The position numbers and the translations under genes were made by a program. From Licmophora abbreviata (taxonomy: Eukaryota): a DNA stretch of 33,102 nucleotides. Position 1 is the first letter of the stretch. Each line of letters begins with the position of its first letter. Below the pieces are notes generated by a model. It made no database searches. It had not been told where the DNA came from and saw only the letters and a program-made list of their open reading frames with translations. The stretch is taken from assembly GCA_900291995.1 (NCBI GenBank), contig OLMU01000535.1, positions 1 to 33,102 of the forward strand, read 5' to 3'. Positions 11,560-20,974 of the stretch are shown piece after piece.

Positions 11560-11596
11560 GACGTCATCACGTCATAACCTTATGATAGTATCATAA
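11560..11596. promoter_or_regulatory. Tandem ACGTCA (TGACGT) boxes next to a 17-bp palindrome
   Basis: ACGTCA at 11561-11566 and 11569-11574; TTATGATA-G-TATCATAA at 11580-11596. The sequence is read directly; a regulatory role is inferred. Confidence 0.35.
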
Positions 11597-12119
11597 TTTT
11601 TAAACAATCTCTTCACACAAAACGCCATCACCATCATGGTTGTCAATGGTGCAGTCCAGAGAAGAGAGATTGAAGAAGAAGAGAGAGTGTGACGCGAAAC
11701 GCCGTGCACGAATCAAGGCAGACCGCGAGGAACTGGAATTCAAGAAGGAGCGACAGAGAGGGTACACAGCCCGTCACACTTGAGTATTATTAAAAGCGAG
11801 CTCCTCTTTCGAATACCACCGGGGTTGCCGGCACCGGGGGATGGATATCGGTTCGCACCGGTACCCGGTAATGTACCTGCCAGAAGACTTGGAAGTCTAC
11901 TCGGTCGACGCCCGAAGGACTAGGAAAACTAGAGAGAGTCAATCCCAACTAGCTATGATAGAAAAGCTCGAGACGAGCACCCAGACATTCACTACTTGGA
12001 CCAGGGTACTGCATCTAAACGAAAGTACGATGTGCAACCCTCGGCATGTACTATTTCCTCGGGTCACAACATACCGTAGACTGGCGCAGCAGCTGTCCGC
12101 CCACCGACCCTCATTATCA

Positions 12120-13688
12120 CTACCTGCCTGGCTTCGGTCCAATCATATCTTCCGGTACAATCCATTTGTCAAACTCTTCTGCGCTAAGATAGCCACTGGC
12201 AACCGCCGATTCTCGCAAACTCGTTCCATTCTTGTGTGCAGTCTTGGCAATCTCACTTGCTTTGTCGTAGCCAATGTGAGGATTCAATGCAGTCACCAGC
12301 ATCAAACTACCGTGCAACAGATCATGAATGCGACTATGATTGGCAGTGATACCATCAACGCATCGCTCCGCAAACGACGCTGTGGCGTCTCCAACGAGTC
12401 GCGCCGACTGCAAGAGATTCGCCACCATGACGGGTTTGAAGACGTTCAACTCGAAGTGTCCCTGTGCACCACCAATCGTAATGGCGACATGATTGCCCAT
12501 AACCTGAGCGCACACCATCGTCATGGCCTCGCATTGAGTCGGGTTTACTTTTCCAGGCATAATGCTACTTCCAGGCTCATTCGCAGGCAGCGATAGCTCT
12601 CCCAAACCGCATCTCGGACCCGATCCCAACAGGCGCACATCGTTGGCGATCTTATTCAAAGACGATGCCACGACATTAAGAGCACCCGATACTTCTACCA
12701 AAGAGTCGTGCGCCGCCAGAGCTTCAAACTTGCTGGGAGCCGTCGCAAATGGCAAACCGGTCTCTTGCGCAATGGCATCAGCGATAGCGACATCGTATCC
12801 TTCGGTCGTGTTGAGTCCCGTACCGACGGCAGTGCCTCCAAGTGCCAGCCGATACAGAGACGTCAAGGAAAACTTGACACGGGAAATACTATATTCGATC
12901 TGCTTTGCGTACCCGCCAAATTCTTGTCCAAGAGTCAGTGGAGTCGCGTCTTGGCAGTGAGTTCGGCCAATCTTGACTATAGTTTCGAACTGTTGGGCCT
13001 TCTCTCGTACGGATGCATGCAGCGCCTCAAGCCCTGGGAGAGTACATTCTACTATTAATTTCGCCGACGCAATGTGCATGGCTGTCGGAAAGGAATCGTT
13101 TGACGATTGTCCACAATTGACATGGTCGTTCGGGTGCACGGGAGTCTTGCTACCGACCACTCCTCCCAGAATCTGAATAGCGCGATTCGACAAGACCTCA
13201 TTCACGTTCATGTTCGTCTGAGTGCCGCTTCCCGTCTGGAACGTCACTAGCGGAAAATGACGATCGTGTTGACCATCCATGACTTCACTCGCAGCTTGGG
13301 CAATGGCATCTCCGACATCCACCGGAAGCTTTCCAATCTTCGCGTGATACAGAGCGCAGCACTTTTTGACAAGCGCCATGGCGTAAACCACCTCCATGGG
13401 CATGCGCGATTCTGGTCCTCCGATGGGAAAGTTCTGGAGTGATCTTTGCGTTTGAGCGCCCCACAAGCAGCCAGGCTGGATGTCGAGAGATCCCATCGAG
13501 TCTCTTTCGGAACGCGATGGGAGCTTCAAAATTTCATCCTGAAAAGAGCTCATGCTGATTGCGGAAGAGAAAGACGACGAGCAGCGAAAGATACCAATAC
13601 GATGGAAGAGGCCACCCCGAGATGACACAATAGATCTACCGCGTGAGGAAGCTGTACGAAGAGAGCCACCGAAGACCACAATGTTCAT
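12120..13688 (-). CDS. fumC: Fumarate hydratase class II, probably mitochondrial
   Basis: [41 protein letters not shown] and the signature [15 protein letters not shown]. The N-terminal ~45 aa are Arg/Ser-rich and lack acidic residues, like a mitochondrial presequence. Confidence 0.97.
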   Translation of the reverse strand: MNIVVFGGSLRTASSRGRSIVSSRGGLFHRIGIFRCSSSFSSAISMSSFQDEILKLPSRSERDSMGSLDIQPGCLWGAQTQRSLQNFPIGGPESRMPMEVVYAMALVKKCCALYHAKIGKLPVDVGDAIAQAASEVMDGQHDRHFPLVTFQTGSGTQTNMNVNEVLSNRAIQILGGVVGSKTPVHPNDHVNCGQSSNDSFPTAMHIASAKLIVECTLPGLEALHASVREKAQQFETIVKIGRTHCQDATPLTLGQEFGGYAKQIEYSISRVKFSLTSLYRLALGGTAVGTGLNTTEGYDVAIADAIAQETGLPFATAPSKFEALAAHDSLVEVSGALNVVASSLNKIANDVRLLGSGPRCGLGELSLPANEPGSSIMPGKVNPTQCEAMTMVCAQVMGNHVAITIGGAQGHFELNVFKPVMVANLLQSARLVGDATASFAERCVDGITANHSRIHDLLHGSLMLVTALNPHIGYDKASEIAKTAHKNGTSLRESAVASGYLSAEEFDKWIVPEDMIGPKPGR

Positions 13689-14058
13689 GTACAGGTAGGC
13701 GCTTCGACGTTCAAAATTTGTGATTTTTGTGATGAGTGATGCGAAAGTTGAAAGTGCATCCGCGTTGGCGGTTGGCGGGAAAGCTTTGCGTTCATCTTGA
13801 ATCTGTGATTCGACTCATTTGACTGAGACTCGTGACTCGTGAACTCGTGACTGATGACTGATTGAAGCGAGATCAGACGCACGCGCGCGCGTTCAAAGAT
13901 CCTAAATAGCCACACAAACACACATCGTCACCATGATACCATGACTGACTTCTGATCCATCGACGGCCGAAGGCACAGTTCGTTTGTCCCCATAGTAGCC
14001 TGTTGTAGATTTCCAGAGATCACTCTGCGAGCAAAGAGAGAATAGCGTGAGCAAAAGA

Positions 14059-14826
14059 ATGATGACGGATGACGCCAGTCCTCGCGATGGACCCGCCACG
14101 ACATTCCAGGCAGATCCGCTCGTTCGACTGATACTAGAAAGGGAACGCTATCCATGCGATGAATTTGGTCTAGTTTTGGTCGCTGGTTGGCCTCCAGATC
14201 AAAGGACACTCCAGGATCCGTATCGAAAGTTCATGGCCAGTGTCCGCGAGTGTTTCGACCTGGACGACCATGAAGATGGCAATGTGTACCTATACCCCGC
14301 CGAATGTCTACATGTGACCGTTGCCACTTTGCACGGCGTGAATAAGAGTACAAAGGATGCTCACCATCGACGAACTCTAGAAGACTTTTGGAGTGGGGTA
14401 GTCAAGACAGCCACCGATATGCCAGAGTGGCCTACGCGGTCGTTGAACCTGACGATCACGCGAGCACAGATCGGAGATCGAGCTGGTATTCTACTGTGGA
14501 ATGAGACATCTGGCGGCTTGAAGCAGGTTCGGGACTGTATTGCTCGAGCAACCGAGCTGAACAGGGAAGATACTGTGGACACTGGCACTCTTTCGATTCC
14601 TCCGATTGCGCATTCGACCTTCCTTCGATTCCCAAATCCACCAAATACTAGAGGCGAAGTCCTCCAGGAAAAGTTCCGACGTACTGTTCTTTCTCTGAAA
14701 GACTTGTTTGTTTCGCCAATAGTGGTCGACGACGTGAAACTAGTGTGTGAGCGAACGCCGTACATGCACATTCCGAAAGACGATCATCACGTCCTTGGGA
14801 CGTTTCCACTTCGTGGGGAAAGATAG
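14059..14826 (+). CDS. 2H phosphoesterase superfamily protein
   Basis: Two HxT motifs, CLHVTVATL and IAHSTFLRF, about 100 aa apart. First ATG at 14059. Confidence 0.7.
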   Translation: MMTDDASPRDGPATTFQADPLVRLILERERYPCDEFGLVLVAGWPPDQRTLQDPYRKFMASVRECFDLDDHEDGNVYLYPAECLHVTVATLHGVNKSTKDAHHRRTLEDFWSGVVKTATDMPEWPTRSLNLTITRAQIGDRAGILLWNETSGGLKQVRDCIARATELNREDTVDTGTLSIPPIAHSTFLRFPNPPNTRGEVLQEKFRRTVLSLKDLFVSPIVVDDVKLVCERTPYMHIPKDDHHVLGTFPLRGER

Positions 14827-14995
14827 AAGATAGACTACGAGTCGAATGAGTCGAGTCGCTAGTCTAGCCGGATCCTTTTTTGGTCGTCGTGCCGTCGTGC
14901 CTTTTCTGACGGCTCCATGATGTGAAGATCTGACACATTCGTCGTGTCTTGCTGAACTTGACGTTTTCTGTGTCTGCTGCCTCTCTCTGTCAACC

Positions 14996-16717
14996 ATGAC
15001 GCCTCTTTTTGTGTCCATGTGGCTAGTTTCCGTCTCGGTGATTTCAGAAGCCTTTCAATTTCCGCTTGGAAAGCATCTTTCTGCCCGGCTAGATTTGCCC
15101 TTGACAGCAAGTGCCCTACGAGTCACGCCGTCCACTGTCGCGTCCTCAGCGGCGACGCAGAAAGATCAGCGCTCCTTCGAGTTCTTTGATTATAATGCTT
15201 GCTGGTATCCAGTCGTTTGGGCGGAGGATTTGCTTCTTGGAAAGCCGACCAAAGTGACGTTGTTTGACGTTGACTATGTGGTATCCAAAACCAAGGAGGA
15301 CGAAGTCGTGGCGCTCGTCGACAAATGTCCTCACAAGGCTGCGGCCTTAAGCGAAGGCCGCATCACCTCTTCAGGCTACTTTCAGTGTGCCTACCACGGA
15401 TGGTCCTTCAACGGCAAGGATGGAACTGTCGTGGAAATCCCCCAGGTTGTCGCCGCTTCTGATGGTAAAATGCCCCCTGACACCTCGTCGTCCAGAAGAG
15501 CTTGCGCGACGGCGATTCCAGCCATGATCTCGCAAGGCATGGTCTGGATGTTTCCAGGGGGGTCACTGGAAGATGCGCTGCTGGCGCCACCTCCGCCCAC
15601 AATTCCCGAGATGGACGATCCGAACTTCACCACCACGACCAACATTCGCGATTTTCCTGTCGATTGGAGTATCTTGCTGGAGAACATTCTTGATCCGGAT
15701 CATGGTGCTTTCGCGCACGGGGCACTCGGGTTCGATTTGTATTCTGCCTCCAAAGATGTGCCACAGAAGACCGAAGAGGAGTTTCCGAACGGCGGAAAGG
15801 GCTGGAAGATTACTGCCAGAGTCGATGCCGTCGAAAAGGTGCTGCGCTTTGACAAAATCCGACGGGGGCTGAACGTCAAAGAGACTGCACAAGATCCAAG
15901 CAAAATCAAAGTGGGCACGGCCACCTTTACGGCTCCGAGCCACGTCTCCATGGGTCGGCGGGACCGGAAGACGGGCTATTCTTCCTTTATCATTGCCTTT
16001 TGGGTATGCCCATCCGGGACAGGCCGGTCCAGATTCATGAGCGCGAACATTGCCAAGGCGCCGTTTGGAGTTCCCCGTTGGATCAATCATATTGTCATTA
16101 ACAACTTTCTCGATCAAGACACTTTCCTTCTAGCTACCCAGCAGAGATCTGTCCTCCTGGCGGAAGCCACGGCTGTCGAGGACATGCTTCCAGGGAGTCA
16201 TCCCAAGTCGCTGAATGTGCGGAAGAACACATACGCTTACCGAAGTCCTGCAGAGAAGCTGCAGACGAGGCTAGGAGCATTTTGGGATGAAACGCTCAGT
16301 CGTGCACCGAACCGAGTGTCGACACTTGCCGCCTTGCATCGCAGCAACGCGCTCAGTCAGACTCCGCAGCGAGATGCCGTGCTAGATCGCGAGGAACAGC
16401 ACTTGAAGATTTGCCCGGATTCGCAAGGTCTTGTCAAAAACTGCAATCGCACCCAACGTGCCTCGTTAACTGTCGCCTTGCTTACTGGAGGCGCGAAGCT
16501 GTTGGCCACGTCATTTCGGGGGTTAGTCGGTGTCGGTGTCGCGGATCGCTTGGGGTCCTTCCTTAAACCAAAGCCAATGGCATGGGTTTTGACAGTCTCT
16601 TCCCTCGGGTACTGGCTTGCTGGAAAGCTGCGACGTGAGTTCTACTTCAAGTACACTGAAGCTCTTCGGGATCGAGATCTGGCCAATATACCGAATGTTT
16701 GGATGGACGCACGATAA
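14996..16717 (+). CDS. Plastid Rieske/mononuclear-iron oxygenase, pheophorbide a oxygenase/Tic55/PTC52 family
   Basis: Rieske ligands DKCPHKAAALSEG...QCAYHGWSF, iron-binding ENILDPDHGAFAH and NFLDQD, and two C-terminal hydrophobic helices. Bipartite presequence ...VSVISEA|FQFP. Confidence 0.9.
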   Translation: MTPLFVSMWLVSVSVISEAFQFPLGKHLSARLDLPLTASALRVTPSTVASSAATQKDQRSFEFFDYNACWYPVVWAEDLLLGKPTKVTLFDVDYVVSKTKEDEVVALVDKCPHKAAALSEGRITSSGYFQCAYHGWSFNGKDGTVVEIPQVVAASDGKMPPDTSSSRRACATAIPAMISQGMVWMFPGGSLEDALLAPPPPTIPEMDDPNFTTTTNIRDFPVDWSILLENILDPDHGAFAHGALGFDLYSASKDVPQKTEEEFPNGGKGWKITARVDAVEKVLRFDKIRRGLNVKETAQDPSKIKVGTATFTAPSHVSMGRRDRKTGYSSFIIAFWVCPSGTGRSRFMSANIAKAPFGVPRWINHIVINNFLDQDTFLLATQQRSVLLAEATAVEDMLPGSHPKSLNVRKNTYAYRSPAEKLQTRLGAFWDETLSRAPNRVSTLAALHRSNALSQTPQRDAVLDREEQHLKICPDSQGLVKNCNRTQRASLTVALLTGGAKLLATSFRGLVGVGVADRLGSFLKPKPMAWVLTVSSLGYWLAGKLRREFYFKYTEALRDRDLANIPNVWMDAR

Positions 16718-16849
16718 TGAGATAGAAGAAGAAGCGCTTAAGAGCATTCAATGCGGCTGCTTTTTTATTTCGGAAACTGTGTCTCGTGTCAAGTGAATTT
16801 TCAGTACAAAACAATAAACTCTAACATTAATCTCGAGAACCGTTCATGA

Positions 16850-18655
16850 TCAACGTCCAGAATCCTCCCGGCTAGCCGATGGCTTTCCATCATTAGGTCG
16901 AGCTTCTTCTTTACCTCCTCCATCGTCATTGATACTCTCTTCAAGCTGAAGCATCAAACTGTGAACCTGTTCTTCCAACGGCGGCAGACATTGTTGGACC
17001 ATGCCCCTTGCTTCAGTACGACTTTTCTGAGCGTCGGCGATCTGGCGCTTCATCGGCGCTTTGTTGGCAGTGAGACTTTCATTCATATTTTTAAGAAAAG
17101 CGACATCCTCAGACGCCTTTTCGTACCGGCGACGAAGCGACATGCATCGCTGTGCAAGCTGGTGGCGTTCTTGTTTGAGAGCGGAGATGAGTTCCGCGCC
17201 GGCTGACACCGACTTCTTTCGAGTGTTCGGTCCGTATTCTCGTCGGACCTCCTCGAGTCTGCGCTCGTAAAAGATGCGTTGTTGCTCAAGCTGACCTTTC
17301 AGCAAGGCATAGTATTGACTTGCGAAGCTCTCCAGCTTTCGATGCATAACTTCCTCCTCCTGAGCGTCGCTCAATCCCGGGCTCAGACTGCGCTCTTGGG
17401 ATGTGCTGTACGGATCGTTCACCTCAACGAGCTTACCATCCTTCGCGTTCTGCAAAAGTCGATGGACATATCCTTGCCCACAAAAGTCCCACACGTGTTG
17501 TGTTTCGGTATCAAGCGCGTACGCGTGGAGAGTTTCGTCGTAGTGCTGCCGTGCGTGCGACATTGGCTGCTGCGGGGCCCGCGACGGTTCAGAGGTAGCG
17601 GACGCTTCCAAGGAATCGCTGGGAGCCGCCTGACAGGAGGGAAGCGCCAACAAAGGGGAGTCTTCTGTATGTATGGTTCCACCAACAGATCGTCGCCGAT
17701 GAGGCGTCCCGCCACAGGAAACCACGCCACAAATTAGACACACGTAATTATTCTCCGTTGTTGCGCAGACATGGCATTGCGACAAGGCTTCGTTGAGACC
17801 AGAATGGTCATATCGACACACCGGACAAGGCGAGTCCTGCCATTGTAGGAGACAGTCGAGATGAAATGAGTGATTACAGACGGTCGTCAGAATGGACGTC
17901 TGCTCGACATCCATGTCCTCCAAGCAGACGGCACAATTGTGGACTTCGGGACGCTGCGGCGATGATCGAGCTTCTTCCGTCAAGGAAGAAGGAGATATTA
18001 GGTCGGCCATTGTACCATCACCCCCGCTATTTGTTGAGTCTACCGTTAGAGTCGGATGTCGGCCTAGACTAGCCGCGAAGAAAGGACGGCACATATCGAC
18101 ACCGTTGTGTCCGCTGATCGCCGCGACACGGTGGACGTAGCTAATCTGCGTTTCGTCAAGACTCGTGTAAGGCTTTTGATGCAAGTCTTGCACAAACATA
18201 TTTGCCGCTTTCTCCGTCGATAGCTGAAACAAAATGACGTACGTCCGTGACTGAGAGCCGTCCTCTTCATGCGCGTCCAGCGTCGAGAGTTCTCGCCCTT
18301 CGCCGACCTCATGGTCTCTCGCAATTGGAAGGGATGCCGCATACTGGATTGTCTTTGCTTCCAAGCCCTGATCCAAGTTTTCTGGAGCTTCCGAAAGCAT
18401 AGCTGTAATAAGGATTCGAACGTGTTCGATGTATGGTCGATGCGAGCGTGCAAACGTCAAGACTCCTTCGGGACACTGTTCCGGCGGGACGTCCACCATG
18501 GCCGCGCATTTCGCGACGCGTGTGGCGTCGGAAGGGACTGAAAGACCATCGTTTCCCACCGACTCGAATGTATATACACATCCGTCGTATGTTCCAAGCC
18601 CAGGATTCCCAAAGGTAACAGGCCGTCGTCGTATTCGGGAGCCGTCGTTCGCCAT
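16850..18655 (-). CDS. BRAP: BRAP/IMP-like RING E3 ubiquitin ligase (BRAP2 domain, RING-H2, zf-UBP, coiled coil)
   Basis: RING CAVCLEDM...CNHSFHLDCLLQWQDSPCPVCRY; zf-UBP CLICGVVSC...HARQHYDETLHAY...HVWDFCGQGYVHRL; LLKGQLEQQRIFYE followed by a coiled coil. First ATG (MANDG) at 18655. Confidence 0.92.
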   Translation of the reverse strand: MANDGSRIRRRPVTFGNPGLGTYDGCVYTFESVGNDGLSVPSDATRVAKCAAMVDVPPEQCPEGVLTFARSHRPYIEHVRILITAMLSEAPENLDQGLEAKTIQYAASLPIARDHEVGEGRELSTLDAHEEDGSQSRTYVILFQLSTEKAANMFVQDLHQKPYTSLDETQISYVHRVAAISGHNGVDMCRPFFAASLGRHPTLTVDSTNSGGDGTMADLISPSSLTEEARSSPQRPEVHNCAVCLEDMDVEQTSILTTVCNHSFHLDCLLQWQDSPCPVCRYDHSGLNEALSQCHVCATTENNYVCLICGVVSCGGTPHRRRSVGGTIHTEDSPLLALPSCQAAPSDSLEASATSEPSRAPQQPMSHARQHYDETLHAYALDTETQHVWDFCGQGYVHRLLQNAKDGKLVEVNDPYSTSQERSLSPGLSDAQEEEVMHRKLESFASQYYALLKGQLEQQRIFYERRLEEVRREYGPNTRKKSVSAGAELISALKQERHQLAQRCMSLRRRYEKASEDVAFLKNMNESLTANKAPMKRQIADAQKSRTEARGMVQQCLPPLEEQVHSLMLQLEESINDDGGGKEEARPNDGKPSASREDSGR

Positions 18656-18840
18656 CGTCGCCGTGTCGAAGAATTTCAATTCAGAATGTGATTTTTGATT
18701 TTTGGAAGAAGTTCGAGCTAGCTCTGACGGAGACAGGACAGACGCTTGACTCGCTTCTTTCGCACGGCGGATTCATTCGATTCGATTCTCTCGCTGAAAG
18801 ATCGCGCGCCATCACGCTCACAAAACACCGAGTGGTGGCC

Positions 18841-20026
18841 ATGACCATGACGGACACAGCCGCAAGAACTACGACCGGAGCGGACCCCGAAGAAACCTTT
18901 GAGGAAGAGAGTGAATTCTTGAGTCAAACCTGTTGGGACACATTGTGTGTGGAGGCTCGATCAGTAACAGCATGGGCTTTTCTCGCTCTCGTTCTTCGAA
19001 TGATTGCCTCACTAGCTACTGCTAGTTCTCAAGCAGCGACACGCCAAGAATGCCTCGGAGATTCGTGCGCCAACTGGACAGCGAACCTTCATTCCTGTCT
19101 TTCTGTATTATTAGGGTTAATAGTTCTTCCCATACCTGGAAAAGTTCCTGAGAGGGTCCCTGGCTTTTTTCTGTCGTCCCCGTGGTAAGTTTTGCTGACC
19201 TACTGCCACACAATTGGGCGTTGAGAGAGTCAGTCGGGTCGAGTCGAGTCGCCTGACCAGTCACCCTTCTCCTCTTGCTTCAAACAGGCTTTTGTCGTGG
19301 ATACAGATTCGATTCGGGGCGCTTCCAAGTGTTCCACTTCGTATTTGTGAAACTGTTCTGGGGCGCGTCACGTGAGTGGGTGCCCAGTACAGCGTGTGCT
19401 GTTGGGTTTAACTCGATTTGGGCAAGGCAACGTCTTCTCACTGACGGTCATGTTCATTCATCCGCGACAACATTAGGCCCAGAGAGTTAGCTATCGGTCT
19501 GCCGGTTCACCTCGTCTGTACGCTTTCGACGGCCATGAGCTTCAATCTGTTGCTTCCCGAATCGATTGCAACGCTTTCTACCACCCCGTTAGAATACTCG
19601 GATACGAACTGGGCGCTGTCGGTACGTAAGAAGTGACCGATAAGACTATATCCTCAGAGAAAGACGTTGCAGTGTATTACCTTACCGTGTTCCATTGTCG
19701 CTCGCTAGGATTTCATAAGAGAAGCGACGGTCCATGCCGCCTTTTGCGTATCTTTTCTTGTTCTACCCGAACTATTGACACTGAACAAGATCCCAGTCTG
19801 GTTTTCAACTTTTGTTATGTATCCCATATTTGCCTTTGGTGTGGATGCAGAGGGAAGAGGCAGCGCTTTATCGCCTAACTTGATGTATGCCTTGGCGGCT
19901 TGTGACGACCGACCAGTAGCGTTGTCTCGGATGATAGGCGGTTGTTTCGGAGGATTCCTCGGGGGCAAGATAATGAGAGTGTACTTTCCAGATGACCCCA
20001 AGCCGTCCTTGGAGAGACAGCTATAG
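18841..20026 (+). CDS. Four-exon polytopic membrane protein, 296 aa, divergent aquaporin/MIP-like. Exons 18841-19184, 19288-19371, 19477-19621, 19709-20026
   Basis: Introns GTAAGT..CAG (19185-19287), GTGAGT..TAG (19372-19476) and GTACGT..TAG (19622-19708) give one open frame of 891 nt. Several hydrophobic segments are arranged as in MIP channels. The gene model is better supported than the family call. Confidence 0.62.
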
Positions 20027-20213
20027 ACACAGCGCTTCAGTTTCATTCTGTCGAGAGGCACGAAGACGAAAACAGCTAGTTTTAATTTTTTTGTACAACC
20101 ATCAAGAAGAAGTGAAGTTCATAGAGTTATCGGTACTCGCTCGTATTGTAAGACCCAACGCGATTAGACGCACGCGGGACGATCGCACCGCTATCTCACC
20201 CCAGTGACAAACG

Positions 20214-20663
20214 TCACTCTTGAATCGAATGTAGACATGCTTGCCAGATACCATTTCTGACAGCTTCTTGTTCCGCGAATCGACATAAACTTTCATGAAA
20301 GGCGTCGGCGGTCTGGAATTCTCGTGCAGTCGCGCCGGCGGCCATAAGCACTACGCCAACTTCATTCATGAGCGCCTTCTGGCGAGTCTCGTCCAGTTTC
20401 ATGACTGCTGAGACTGCTCCATCGTATTGGTCGCTTCGGAAAAAGCCGACGAGGCTTCCTGTGATTCCACCAATCAAACCACCGACGGGACCAAATACGA
20501 AAGCGCCCCCGACAGCGCCGCCGCCAGCCCACAGGCCTTGTTTCAGAGAATTCCTCGCCGTTTTCCTCATATCGCTGCTCTCGGTTAAAAACCTGACTAA
20601 TTCCCCATACTGAAATGCTGCTGATGGCCCTGGAATCGGTTCTGAAGCGGGATAATCGTCCAT
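20214..20663 (-). CDS. C19orf12-like glycine-zipper membrane protein
   Basis: MRKTARNSLKQGLWAGGGAVGGAFVFGPVGGLIGGITGSLVGFFRSDQY...VMKLDETRQKALMNEV parallels the C19orf12/Nazo layout, recognised from memory. Confidence 0.75.
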   Translation of the reverse strand: MDDYPASEPIPGPSAAFQYGELVRFLTESSDMRKTARNSLKQGLWAGGGAVGGAFVFGPVGGLIGGITGSLVGFFRSDQYDGAVSAVMKLDETRQKALMNEVGVVLMAAGATAREFQTADAFHESLCRFAEQEAVRNGIWQACLHSIQE

Positions 20664-20974
20664 GGTCGCCGAGGTGAGGGGTCCTACTCCTTTTGTGTTC
20701 TTACTCGTATGAGTGAAGTTCAGTGATCGACTGCTTGGATCGGAATTCGGAATTTGGAGCTTGGCGCGTCACAGATTAGGAACCTAGAGGGCCTGTCATA
20801 CTACCGGCGCGTAGTGGTAGTCTACGAGGGTCAATCATATACGTACGATACTACGGAGTACGTAGATCACCGTACGAGTACCGCTGAGATTCAAACACAT
20901 TTTCCCACCAAGACTTCCACGAAAGCAAGCGCGAAATGCACTGTAGTGATGACGGTGAGTGCATTCAATCTTAA

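Noticed and set aside
11815..11880. GC-rich segment with GGTTCG and ACCGGT palindromes, considered as a tRNA or structured RNA
   Set aside because: I could not build a cloverleaf, and the T-loop consensus GTTCRA is absent.
11841..12596. 251-aa plus-strand ORF
   Set aside because: Mostly antisense to the well-conserved fumC and has no recognisable motifs; treated as a shadow ORF.
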